56,323 nucleotides of DNA, from sequence record SRR31156797_94. One strand, given 5' to 3'. Made by a program: the position numbers and the translations under genes. Positions within the stretch are counted from its first letter, which is position 1; every line of letters begins with the position of its first letter. The notes beneath the pieces were generated by a model that was not told the origin of the DNA, ran no database searches, and saw nothing but the letters and a program-made list of their open reading frames with translations. Positions 28,746-38,630 of the stretch are shown one piece after another.

Positions 28746-29948
28746 ATGATTTTGTTAGTGTCATCTCATTTTCCACCCGAACCTGTTACTGCGGCAACAC
28801 TATGTTACGACCTGGCTATGTCATTATCCGAAAAGAATAAAGTGCAGGTCATAACGCCTGAGCCAACGAGACCGCTTGGATTTCGATTTAAAAATAATGG
28901 TCATCATAAAAACAAGATAAGTCACCTTATATTAAAATCATATACTTGTCCAAAGTCTTCTTTTGTAGGAAGGATGAGGGAAAGTTTTAGTTTTGGAAAG
29001 CATGCTGCCGAATTCGTTAGAAAACATCATAAAAAGATTAAAACCATTTATGTGTTGGCGTGGCCACTGTTTGCACAATATCAAATTGTTAAGATAGCTA
29101 AGGAATATAAAATACCTGCCATTACTCATGTAATGGATATTTACCCGGAATCACTGGTTAATAAATTACCATTGTTTAAAAGAACCGTTTTTACATTGCT
29201 TTTACCTATCGACAAATTTATTCTTCAAAACTCATCTAAGGTCATTACTATCTCTTCGAATATGAAGGAGATGTTGGTTAAAACAAGAAGATTGGAAAAT
29301 AAAAATGTTGAGGTAATACATAATTGGCAAAACGATGACATCTTTTTGCAGTATAATGAAAGGCAAAACAAAAATGAAGAAGATTTAGAGAATAAGCCTT
29401 TTACTTTTATGTTTCTGGGTTGCTTGAGTAAATCGGCAGCTTTAGAAATTATAATTCTGGCTTATAAAATCAGTAAATTGCATCATGCCCGCTTAATAAT
29501 TGCAGGAAGTGGTTCCGAGAAGGAATATTTAAAATCATTAGTCAATGGAAACAGAGAATTCAAAGTTGAATTCTGGGATGCTCCTTTAAATAAAGTTCCT
29601 GAAATTCAAAACCAGGCAGATGTCTTAATTTTAGGTTTAAGAAAGAATACAGCGCTTTTTGCCATGCCATCTAAACTACCGGCTTATATGTTTTCTAAAA
29701 AACCAATAATCGCATCAGTGGAAGAAAACAGTGCTATTGCAAGTGCAATTCATAATGCCAAATGTGGCTGGACAGTTTCTCCTGAGGATCCTAAAAAATT
29801 AGAGAAATTGCTTCGTTATGTTTATGCTACGCCCAAAGATTATCTAAAACAATTTGGTGTTAATGGTTTTGATTATGCTTTTGAAAAATTTTCAAGAGAA
29901 AACAATTTGCATAAGCTGGCTACTGTAATTTCAGAAGCAACAATGTAA
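28746..29948 (+). CDS. GT4 glycosyltransferase, WbuB/CapL-like (candidate L-FucNAc transferase)
   Basis: HFPPEP, DIYPES, VIHNW, MPSKLPAYMFSKKPIIA pattern of WbuB-like GTs; fnlABC in the same locus. Confidence 0.75.
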   Translation: MILLVSSHFPPEPVTAATLCYDLAMSLSEKNKVQVITPEPTRPLGFRFKNNGHHKNKISHLILKSYTCPKSSFVGRMRESFSFGKHAAEFVRKHHKKIKTIYVLAWPLFAQYQIVKIAKEYKIPAITHVMDIYPESLVNKLPLFKRTVFTLLLPIDKFILQNSSKVITISSNMKEMLVKTRRLENKNVEVIHNWQNDDIFLQYNERQNKNEEDLENKPFTFMFLGCLSKSAALEIIILAYKISKLHHARLIIAGSGSEKEYLKSLVNGNREFKVEFWDAPLNKVPEIQNQADVLILGLRKNTALFAMPSKLPAYMFSKKPIIASVEENSAIASAIHNAKCGWTVSPEDPKKLEKLLRYVYATPKDYLKQFGVNGFDYAFEKFSRENNLHKLATVISEATM

Positions 29949-30016
29949 AAACAATAAATTTCTGTTTAGGATCTAGTTTGAAAGATTGATTTGATATTTC
30001 CATTTTAAAAAGAGTG

Positions 30017-31315
30017 ATGATTGTTGTATTCAAGTCATATGTTTTAATAATTTACCTGGTGTTGTTATGGATAGATAATGCTACAGCACAATCTTCATCA
30101 CAGGAGTTTAATTCTAATAGGAATACTTTTTATGTAGCAAGCAATGGAAATGATAATAATCCGGGAACTTTCGAAAAGCCTTGGGCTACATGGCAAAAAG
30201 GATTTAATATGGCGGGTGCTGGTGATACTATTTTTATTAGAGGAGGTACATATTATGCTAATTTGCTAGATCCTTATGGAGTGATTTTATCAGATAGAAA
30301 AGGAACTAAAGTAAAACCAATTCATATTTTTAATTACCCTTTGGAATATCCCATTTTAAATTGTTCTACCATAAAAAAGAGTAGCGAAGACAATATCGGT
30401 ATTTATTTAAATCGTTGTTCATTTATATACCTAAAAGGATTATCGGTCACAGGAGTTAGTCAGCATACATATAATACCGGAGCATGTGGCTATTTATTTG
30501 AACATGGAGGCGTATATAAAGTTGAAAATTGTAATGCATATCATAATGAAGGGGCCGGTTTTCAGGGATATGCTACAGATACTGTAGAGCTCATTAATTG
30601 TGATTCCTATAATAATTACGATGTTTCAACAAAAGGATATAAGGGTGGACAAGCTGATGGTTTTGTTTTCTGTTTTACAGCAAAAAGTTCTTACACCAGT
30701 TTTATTGGATGCCGGGCATGGTATAATTCAGATGATGGATTTGATTGCTGGAAAAACGAAGGAACAGTAATTTTCGAAAGGTGTTGGGCATTTAATAACG
30801 GAAGAGGTCAAGGCGATGGAGGAGGATTCAAACTAGGTAAAACAACTTTATCAACTTCGAAAAAACCTCAAAGGATTCTCTCAAATTGTATGGCGTTCTA
30901 TAACCGTTTTATTGGTTTTAATCAGAATGATGCTTTCGTTAATATGGTATTCTATAATAACATAGCCTATAAAAACAAAGATTCAGGTTTTAGTACAGGT
31001 CAGTTTAATACGAATTCTATTTATAAGAATAATATTAGCTATAGGAATGGTGGCAAGGATTATTTCTCAGTCAATGCAGCAAATACGAATAATAGCTGGA
31101 ATTATAAAATACACAAATCCGTTAGTGATAATGATTTTATTTCTGTTGATACAGCAGGAGTATCCGGAAAACGACAAAAAAATGGGGATCTTCCGGATAT
31201 TAAGTTTTTAAGATTAGCAGAAAAAAGCGACCTGATTAACGCCGGCATAGATATAGGAAACAATTACATCGGGAAAGCACCTGATTTAGGCCCATTTGAA
31301 TGGCAACCAAAATAA
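30017..31315 (+). CDS. Secreted right-handed beta-helix protein, PL9 (Pel9A)-like lyase, paralog 1
   Basis: Signal peptide ending ATAQ; FYVASNGNDNNPGT, AGDTIFIRGG, ADGF, NSDDGFD, GGGFKLG, APDLGPFE. Confidence 0.75.
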   Translation: MIVVFKSYVLIIYLVLLWIDNATAQSSSQEFNSNRNTFYVASNGNDNNPGTFEKPWATWQKGFNMAGAGDTIFIRGGTYYANLLDPYGVILSDRKGTKVKPIHIFNYPLEYPILNCSTIKKSSEDNIGIYLNRCSFIYLKGLSVTGVSQHTYNTGACGYLFEHGGVYKVENCNAYHNEGAGFQGYATDTVELINCDSYNNYDVSTKGYKGGQADGFVFCFTAKSSYTSFIGCRAWYNSDDGFDCWKNEGTVIFERCWAFNNGRGQGDGGGFKLGKTTLSTSKKPQRILSNCMAFYNRFIGFNQNDAFVNMVFYNNIAYKNKDSGFSTGQFNTNSIYKNNISYRNGGKDYFSVNAANTNNSWNYKIHKSVSDNDFISVDTAGVSGKRQKNGDLPDIKFLRLAEKSDLINAGIDIGNNYIGKAPDLGPFEWQPK

Positions 31316-31368
31316 GATATAGTTTGAAGAAATAGAATTGAAATTGTATAACCTTAAAAATTTAGTTT

Positions 31369-31890
31369 ATGAATAATTCGATAGATAACACTTGTAATTT
31401 CGAGGAAACTCCTGTTACAATAGCTAGCGAAATGCGGCCGACTTTGGTGAGAATGGTTAGAATATTTTTCAATAAACTATTTACACTGAAATCAAGAATG
31501 AAGTACAAATTAATGAAAAGAACTAGCGCAAATGCAATGATGGAAGATACAGCAGTTGCTGATTCTACAGCTGTTGAACCTCTAAATCTTATGGTTGGAG
31601 ATATGGTACAGGTGCGCTCCTTAAAAGAAATTACGTCAACTCTTGATGAGAAAGGTAAATTCAAAGGTTTGTATTTTATGCCCGAAATGGAAGCGTTTTG
31701 TGGAAAGCAGTTTAAAATATTTAAGAAAGCCGAAAAAATAAAGCTTGAATCCAATGGAGAACTGAGAAAATTAAGGAGCCCCAGTTACTTTTTAGATGGT
31801 GTACATTGTACTGGTTTTTTTCAGGGAGGATGTGATAGAGCTTGTTTTCATTATTGGCGAGAAGAGTGGCTAATTAAGTTATCAAATTAA
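31369..31890 (+). CDS. Conserved-looking Cys-rich hypothetical protein
   Basis: LMVGDMVQVRSLKEI...GLYFMPEM..FCG...C-x7-C-x3-C.HYWREEWL; co-oriented in the operon. Confidence 0.75.
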   Translation: MNNSIDNTCNFEETPVTIASEMRPTLVRMVRIFFNKLFTLKSRMKYKLMKRTSANAMMEDTAVADSTAVEPLNLMVGDMVQVRSLKEITSTLDEKGKFKGLYFMPEMEAFCGKQFKIFKKAEKIKLESNGELRKLRSPSYFLDGVHCTGFFQGGCDRACFHYWREEWLIKLSN

Positions 31891-31940
31891 TTAAACTTTA
31901 ATGTCTTGATAGAATTGAGGTTAATGCATAACACTGGCTC

Positions 31941-33131
31941 ATGGTCGTTACAAGTATAAGTGTGATTTTTATATATATATTGCTCTACTTTATCAAAGAT
32001 TATTATGGTCCGAGAGAAGTGAAAATGTCTGAAAGGAACGTGTTTGGTTTTGCGACTCTAAAAGCTAAGAATTTAATAGTTCATGAGTATGATAATGAAG
32101 GTAATTTGTTTGCTAGTAGAGGTTTGGTTGTTTATAAAATGCGCAAGGGAACCAAATCATTTTTAAAAATTGCTCGTGTTAAAATAGGTCTTTCTTTATT
32201 TTGGTTTGGTAACTTTTCATTGTTTCGTAAATGGCTAAACAAGCCAGAGTGTATGGAATTAACGGTAGGCGATGATGGAAAAATGACTGCTTTTTCTGCA
32301 GGATTTCTTTACTTTCAGAATAGCCATAAAAATAGTTTTATCAGATCTCTCAAATTACCATATTTCGGAATTGGAATTGGACGTGGAATAATGAGTACCG
32401 GTATTTTAAACCTTGGTAATGGTTGTGTTTATATAGGTGAATATTTTAGAAATCAAGAACGTTCCGCAGTTCATATCTACCAAAGTTTAGATTATGGTCG
32501 AAACTGGAATATAGCCTATACTTTTCCCCAAGGTGAAATTAGACATATACATGCCATACAAAGAGATCCGTTTACCAACAAATTATGGGTTTGCACCGGA
32601 GATGAGGATAACGAGTGTATGATTGCTTTTTCGGAGGATGGTTTTAAATCCATTGAGCCTATTGGAAGTGGAAGTCAACAGTGGCGAACCTGTCAGTTGG
32701 TTTTTAAAAAAGAGGCCGTTTATTGGGGGACAGATACCGGAGATGAAAATGTTTCAGGTATTTATAGATGGGATAAAGTAAGCCGTGAACTTGACAAAAT
32801 TCACGCTATTCAAGGTGCTATCTTCTTTGGAACAAAACTGAAAAATGGAAATCTTATCATGAGTACAGATAGAGAAAACTTCCCCAATGAAAAAGATGAT
32901 AAAACCCGATTGTATTTGATATCAGATAAAGATAGGATAACGGAAGTTGAGTGTGGAAAATGGAAAAATAAGCGTCCTAATTATAAGTTTAGTTTTGCCA
33001 AATCCCGACTCCAGCGTAATCAGGGTGGTCATCATCTCGCTGTAAATTTTATAAATCAGAAAGGCATAGAAAGCAGTGATTTATATTTAATACCAGAGGA
33101 TGAAATTAACCGTTTTGTGTCAGAAAATTGA
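31941..33131 (+). CDS. Membrane-anchored Asp-box (BNR/sialidase-like) beta-propeller protein
   Basis: N-terminal TM; SLDYGRNW Asp-box; YIGEY, RHIHAIQRDP, LWVCTGD, YWGTD repeats. Confidence 0.65.
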   Translation: MVVTSISVIFIYILLYFIKDYYGPREVKMSERNVFGFATLKAKNLIVHEYDNEGNLFASRGLVVYKMRKGTKSFLKIARVKIGLSLFWFGNFSLFRKWLNKPECMELTVGDDGKMTAFSAGFLYFQNSHKNSFIRSLKLPYFGIGIGRGIMSTGILNLGNGCVYIGEYFRNQERSAVHIYQSLDYGRNWNIAYTFPQGEIRHIHAIQRDPFTNKLWVCTGDEDNECMIAFSEDGFKSIEPIGSGSQQWRTCQLVFKKEAVYWGTDTGDENVSGIYRWDKVSRELDKIHAIQGAIFFGTKLKNGNLIMSTDRENFPNEKDDKTRLYLISDKDRITEVECGKWKNKRPNYKFSFAKSRLQRNQGGHHLAVNFINQKGIESSDLYLIPEDEINRFVSEN

Positions 33132-33367
33132 AGAGCTAATTATCATCAATAAACAGATATACAAAGAATCAAATTTAAGTAATCATCAAAAACACTATTC
33201 ACTTTTATATATAGAATGAGGAGACGAATTAATGTATCGGAGTAATAAGATGTATAATTTGTTTAGAAGACTAAAATTCTTCTTCAAATAGTCACTTTGA
33301 ATATTTCTTTGATACTGCGCTGAATGTTAATGTATTGTTGTTGTTTAATTCCTAAATCCTTTTTAAT

Positions 33368-34411
33368 ATGAATTCATTTTCAAATAAAACATTATTAATT
33401 ACGGGAGGTTCTGGTTCTTTCGGAAATGCTGTGTTGAGGCGTTTTCTAAATACCGATATTGGGCAAATCAGGATATTTAGCAGAGATGAGAAAAAGCAGG
33501 ATGATATGCGCCAGTTTTATCAAAATGCTAAAATAAAATATTTTATAGGTGATGTCCGAAGCCGTCAGAGTATTGACCATGCTATGCAAGGTGTGGATTA
33601 TGTGTTTCATGCGGCCGCACTAAAACAAGTTCCATCGTGTGAATTTTTTCCAACTGAAACTGTACGAACTAATGTATTAGGTTGCGAAAATGTGTTGGAA
33701 TCTGCCTTACAAAACAAAGTTTCCAGAGTTGTGGTGCTAAGCACTGATAAAGCAGTTTATCCGGTGAATGCTATGGGAATGTCTAAAGCATTGAGTGAAA
33801 AAGTGATGATTGCTAATTCCAGATCTTTAAATGGTTCAGGAGTTGTTTTTTGTGGTACGCGCTATGGTAATGTGATGGCATCCAGAGGATCGGTTATACC
33901 GTTGTTTGTGAGTCAGATAAAAAATAATATGCCGTTAATGGTAACAGATCCGAATATGACCCGCTTTATGATGTCGCTAGAAAATGCAGTTGAACTGGTA
34001 CTTTTTGCATTTACCAATGGTAAAAACGGGGATATTTTCGTTCAAAAATCACCTTCAACAACAATTGGAATTTTAGCTCAGGCAGTTAAGGAACTTTATG
34101 ACGCCCATGTACCTATTAAAGTAATTGGAACTCGTCATGGTGAAAAATTACATGAAACTTTAATCAATCGAGAAGAGATGGTAAGAGCAACAGACGAAGG
34201 GGATTATTTCAGGATTACAGCGGATGCCAGGAACTTGAATTATAACAAATATTTTACCGAAGGACAATCTAAAGTTTCTATTGTTGATGAGTATAATTCC
34301 TTTAATACGCAACAACTTAATGTGGAGGAAACCAAAGCTTTATTGATGCAACTGCGCTTTATTAAGAAGGATTTGAATATTGAAAAAGTAGAACAGGCAT
34401 ATGGATACTGA
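33368..34411 (+). CDS. fnlA: UDP-GlcNAc 4,6-dehydratase/5-epimerase (FnlA/WbjB/CapE)
   Basis: ITGGSGSFG, FSRDEKKQDDMR, HAAALKQVPSCEFFP, TRYGNVMASRGSVIP, GTRHGEKLHE. Confidence 0.92.
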   Translation: MNSFSNKTLLITGGSGSFGNAVLRRFLNTDIGQIRIFSRDEKKQDDMRQFYQNAKIKYFIGDVRSRQSIDHAMQGVDYVFHAAALKQVPSCEFFPTETVRTNVLGCENVLESALQNKVSRVVVLSTDKAVYPVNAMGMSKALSEKVMIANSRSLNGSGVVFCGTRYGNVMASRGSVIPLFVSQIKNNMPLMVTDPNMTRFMMSLENAVELVLFAFTNGKNGDIFVQKSPSTTIGILAQAVKELYDAHVPIKVIGTRHGEKLHETLINREEMVRATDEGDYFRITADARNLNYNKYFTEGQSKVSIVDEYNSFNTQQLNVEETKALLMQLRFIKKDLNIEKVEQAYGY

Positions 34412-35567
34412 TAGAAAGATAAGGATTGGAATTACGGGGCAAGCCGGCTTTATAGGTACACATATCTATAATTTCTTAGGAACAAAAAGAGATGAAGTAG
34501 AGCGTGTTGCTTTTAGAGATGACTTTTTTGAAGACTATCATTTATTGTGTGAATTTGTTAGTCAATGCGATGTTATTATTCATTTGGCAGCATTAAATCG
34601 ACATCATGATCCTCAAACTATTTACAATACCAATATTCAACTTGTAGATAAGTTAATTGCGGCTATGGAAGATACGGATTCTAAGCCACATGTTTTATTT
34701 TCATCTTCTATTCAGGAAGAAAGAAATAACACTTTTGGACAATCAAAAAAAGAGGGAAGAACAAGGTTTGCAAATTGGGCTGTAAAAAATGAAGCCTTAT
34801 TTACAGGTATGCTCATTCCAAATGTATACGGTCCTTTTGGAAATCCATATTATAATTCAGTAGTGGCTACATTTTGCCATCAAATAACGCATGGAGAGCA
34901 GGCAGTTATAGATACTGATGCAAAACTTAATCTGATTTACATTCAGGAATTGGTTGATTTTATTTGGAAAGTGATCAAGAATAAAATGGCAGCTAATTAT
35001 ATGAAAGTACCTCATACGACCAGCAGAAAAGTATCAGAAATATATCAGTTGCTGCAGAATTATGCAGAGCAGTATATTCAGGAAGGTATTATTCCTCAGG
35101 TGGATGATAACTTTGAATACAACCTTTTTAATACCTTCATTTGTTATAATGACCTGCAATCGTTTTATCCTTTCGAATACAATAAGCATGAGGATGACAG
35201 GGGCAGTTTTGTAGAAATTATAAAAACGCTACGCGGTGGTCAGGTTTCTTTTTCAACGACAAAGCCAGAAATTACCAGAGGAAACCACTATCACACTCGC
35301 AAGCTCGAACGTTTTGCTGTTATAAAAGGCAAGGCCTTGGTTTGCTTACGGAGAATAGGTACTTCTGATGTCATTGAGTTTGTTTTAGATGGAGATAAGC
35401 CTTCATTTATAGATATTCCGGTTTGGTATACCCACAATATTACCAATATTGGAAACGAAGAGTTGTACACCGTTTTTTGGATAAATGAATTTTTTAATCC
35501 AGAAGATCCGGATACCTATTTTGAAGAAGTCAATACCAGAAAAGAGGTCGATGCCTCCCATGTATAA
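34401..35567 (+). CDS. fnlB: Reductase/epimerase with C-terminal cupin (FnlB/WbjC/CapF)
   Basis: GITGQAGFIG, YNSVVATFC, HEDDRGSFVE, TRGNHYHTRKLERF, DPDTY. Confidence 0.9.
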   Translation: MDTDRKIRIGITGQAGFIGTHIYNFLGTKRDEVERVAFRDDFFEDYHLLCEFVSQCDVIIHLAALNRHHDPQTIYNTNIQLVDKLIAAMEDTDSKPHVLFSSSIQEERNNTFGQSKKEGRTRFANWAVKNEALFTGMLIPNVYGPFGNPYYNSVVATFCHQITHGEQAVIDTDAKLNLIYIQELVDFIWKVIKNKMAANYMKVPHTTSRKVSEIYQLLQNYAEQYIQEGIIPQVDDNFEYNLFNTFICYNDLQSFYPFEYNKHEDDRGSFVEIIKTLRGGQVSFSTTKPEITRGNHYHTRKLERFAVIKGKALVCLRRIGTSDVIEFVLDGDKPSFIDIPVWYTHNITNIGNEELYTVFWINEFFNPEDPDTYFEEVNTRKEVDASHV

Positions 35568-35630
35568 GTATGTATTATATACAGAATAGAAAAAATCTAT
35601 AAGCCAATATTCATTTTAAAAACATCAAAT

Positions 35631-36764
35631 ATGCCCGCATTAAAAATAATGACTATTGTTGGTACACGACCCGAAATTATTCGTTTGTCACGGGTAATTA
35701 CTTTATTAGATAAACACGTGGATCATATATTGGTACATACAGGTCAGAATTACGATTATGAGTTAAGCGAAGTTTTTTTTAAAGATTTGGAACTAAGGAA
35801 ACCGGATTATTTTTTAAAAGTGGATGTAAGTTCATTAGGGGCGACAATTGGTGATTTAATTAAAAAATCAGAACAAGTTATGCTTGATGTTAAACCAGAT
35901 GCAGTTCTTGTGCTGGGTGATACAAATTCGTGTTTGTCGGCTTACGTAGCCAAACGTTTGCATATTCCTATTTTTCATATGGAGGCCGGTAACAGGAGTT
36001 TTGATTTTAACGTTCCGGAAGAAATAAACCGAAAAGTAATTGATCATCTGGCTGATTTTAATTTGGTATATACTGAACATGCCAGACGACATCTGATAAG
36101 TGAAGGACTTCCGCATCGTAGGATATATCTAACAGGTTCGCCCATGAATGAGGTTTTAAGTGCTTATAAATCTAAAATAGAGCAATCTAATATTTTACAA
36201 GAACTGGACATTCAGAAAAAACAGTATTTTGTTGTTAGTGTGCATCGCGAAGAGAATGTTGATAATCCTCAAAATCTGGAAAAAATAATCCAGGTTTTAA
36301 ATACCATTTATTCCGATTATCAGTTTCCGATTATTGTATCTACGCATCCAAGAACCAGAAAAAGATTAGAGAATGTGAATCAAAGTTCTGATAGCAATCA
36401 CATTCGTTTTTTAAAGCCTTTTGGTTTTAGTGATTATGTGCATTTACAGATGAATGCTGTTTGTACCATTTCTGATAGTGGTACCATCAGTGAAGAATCT
36501 GCTATTTTATCATTTCCGGCCATTTCTATACGTCAGTCTATGGAACGTCCGGAAGCACAGGATGCAGGTACTATCATTCTAACAGGTTTTGAACCGGATA
36601 TAATTCTGAATTCTATAAAACTGGTTATAGAGGAGCATAAGAATGGATGCTATCAGGAAATACCTGCAGATTATCAAATAAAAAATACTTCATGGCGAGT
36701 TTTGAAATTAATAATGGGAAATACCAGGTTAAGTAATAAATGGTATGGAATTGCCAAAAAGTAG
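35631..36764 (+). CDS. fnlC: Non-hydrolysing UDP-sugar 2-epimerase (FnlC/WbjD/CapG)
   Basis: IVGTRPEIIRL, HTGQNYDYEL, LGDTNS, HMEAGNR, PEEINR, SDSGTISEE, ERPE. Confidence 0.92.
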   Translation: MPALKIMTIVGTRPEIIRLSRVITLLDKHVDHILVHTGQNYDYELSEVFFKDLELRKPDYFLKVDVSSLGATIGDLIKKSEQVMLDVKPDAVLVLGDTNSCLSAYVAKRLHIPIFHMEAGNRSFDFNVPEEINRKVIDHLADFNLVYTEHARRHLISEGLPHRRIYLTGSPMNEVLSAYKSKIEQSNILQELDIQKKQYFVVSVHREENVDNPQNLEKIIQVLNTIYSDYQFPIIVSTHPRTRKRLENVNQSSDSNHIRFLKPFGFSDYVHLQMNAVCTISDSGTISEESAILSFPAISIRQSMERPEAQDAGTIILTGFEPDIILNSIKLVIEEHKNGCYQEIPADYQIKNTSWRVLKLIMGNTRLSNKWYGIAKK

Positions 36765-36790
36765 ATGTAAATACTTCTGTTAAAATCTTG

Positions 36791-37384
36791 ATGATTAAAC
36801 GCCTTTTTGATATTGTAGTTTCTTTGTTAGGTATTGTTTTATTATTGCCAATCGGCTTATTTATTGCCTGTTTAATATTAATTTTTTCCGGGTGGCCGGT
36901 GTTTTTTATTCAAAAAAGAATTGGCAAAAACAGGAAGCCATTTTATCTAATTAAGTTCAGGACAATGAAAGTCAATCAAACAGCTCGAATGGGTGAGTTT
37001 GATGCAGGTAATTCAAGTAGAGTAACATCAATTGGAAATATATTACGAAAAACTAAGCTGGATGAATTACCTCAACTTTTTAATGTATTGAAAGGCGAAA
37101 TGTCTTTTGTTGGTCCAAGACCGGAAGTGGAAAAGTGGGTTAACATTTATACTGAGCGGTGGGATAAAGTATTGTCTGTTGTTCCGGGTATTACTGATAA
37201 TGCATCTCTTGAATTCCGAGATGAGGAAATTCTTTTACAGCAATCAAATCATCCTGAAAAGACTTATTTAGAAGATGTACTTCCTCAAAAGCTAAATTAT
37301 TACGAAAAATACGTTGACAATCGGACCTTGAAGGGGGATGTGAAACTCATTTTTAAGACTATTTATTACTGTATATTCAAATAA
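36791..37384 (+). CDS. Initiating phosphoglycosyl (sugar) transferase, WcfS-like
   Basis: Start taken at ATG 36791; KRLFDIV, KFRTM, LDELPQLFNVLKGEMSFVGPRPEV, PGITDNASLEFRDE. Confidence 0.9.
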   Translation: MIKRLFDIVVSLLGIVLLLPIGLFIACLILIFSGWPVFFIQKRIGKNRKPFYLIKFRTMKVNQTARMGEFDAGNSSRVTSIGNILRKTKLDELPQLFNVLKGEMSFVGPRPEVEKWVNIYTERWDKVLSVVPGITDNASLEFRDEEILLQQSNHPEKTYLEDVLPQKLNYYEKYVDNRTLKGDVKLIFKTIYYCIFK

Positions 37385-37393
37385 AATGCGACT

Positions 37394-38557
37394 GTGAATA
37401 TTCCATTCTCAAAAGTACCCATTGCGGGAAATGAAAATAAATATATACAAGAAGTGTTGGATAGTGGTTGGCTAACAACATCGAGCAAGGCACTAAAGTT
37501 TGAAGAATTATTTGCCGAATACGTTGGTGCAAAATATGCCTGTGCTGTAAATTCATGTACTTCGGCATTACATTTAGCTGCAGAGGCAATTGGTATTGGC
37601 CAAAATGATAAAGTATTGGTTCCAACCATGACATTTACTGCTTCCGCCGAAATTTTGAGGTACTTAGGAGCCAATCCTATTTTTTGTGATGTGGAATACG
37701 ACACTTATTTGATTTCTCCGGATATTTTAAAGAAAGCAATTTCAAAACATGAGAATATAAAAGCTGTCATATTGGTTCATTTTGGAGGGCAGTCTTGTTT
37801 TATGCAATCCCTAGAAGGAAACGGAATTATGGACATATGCAAACAAAATGAAATTAGAATCATTGAAGATGCAGCTCATGCTTTTCCAACCCGTTTTAAT
37901 GATGCTTGTATAGGATCTTTAGGAGACGTCACCTGCTTTAGTTTTTATGCTAATAAAACCATTACAACAGGCGAGGGGGGAATGATGGTAACCAATGATG
38001 AAGAGATATACCATAGAGCTAAAGTGATGCGATTGCACGGTATCAATAAAGATGTTTGGAACAGGTTCTCTTCTAAAAAATGTAAATGGGAATATGATGT
38101 GGTTGCTCCCGGATATAAATACAATATGCCTGATATAAATGCAGCTATTGGTTTAGCACAACTAGAAAAAGCAGAATATTTCAGAAAACAACGACAACGT
38201 TGTGCCATGTTATATTATCAGGAATTAAGTGATGTTAGTAGTATAGATTTACCTCAAACTTCTTCCAAAATAGAAAACCATGCCTGGCATTTATTTCCAA
38301 TAAAAATAAAACCCGACGCTCGCGTTAAACGTGATGATTTTATCAATTTAATGTCCGAATGGGGAATTGGTACTTCGGTGCATTATAAGCCCTTACACCG
38401 GATGAGTTATTATAAAGAAGCTTATAAACTAAAAGAAGCTGATTTTCCGAATGCAGAACGGATATGGAAAGGAACAGTGTCTTTACCTATTTTTCCTGAT
38501 TTAAAAGATGCTGATGTGCTTTACATCTGCCACACTATTAAGAAAATACTCTCATAA
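37394..38557 (+). CDS. DegT/DnrJ/EryC1/StrS sugar aminotransferase, WcfR-like
   Basis: SGWLTT, NSCTSALH, IEDAAH, SFYANKTITTGEGG (PLP Lys), WEYDVVAPGYKYNMPDINAAIG. Confidence 0.92.
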   Translation: MNIPFSKVPIAGNENKYIQEVLDSGWLTTSSKALKFEELFAEYVGAKYACAVNSCTSALHLAAEAIGIGQNDKVLVPTMTFTASAEILRYLGANPIFCDVEYDTYLISPDILKKAISKHENIKAVILVHFGGQSCFMQSLEGNGIMDICKQNEIRIIEDAAHAFPTRFNDACIGSLGDVTCFSFYANKTITTGEGGMMVTNDEEIYHRAKVMRLHGINKDVWNRFSSKKCKWEYDVVAPGYKYNMPDINAAIGLAQLEKAEYFRKQRQRCAMLYYQELSDVSSIDLPQTSSKIENHAWHLFPIKIKPDARVKRDDFINLMSEWGIGTSVHYKPLHRMSYYKEAYKLKEADFPNAERIWKGTVSLPIFPDLKDADVLYICHTIKKILS

Positions 38558-38630
38558 TTTGCGTTATGTTGTATGTTAAAAGAACGAGATTCTTCGAGTA
38601 ATTGTTGGTGCCATTAATTGATTTTCCAGA

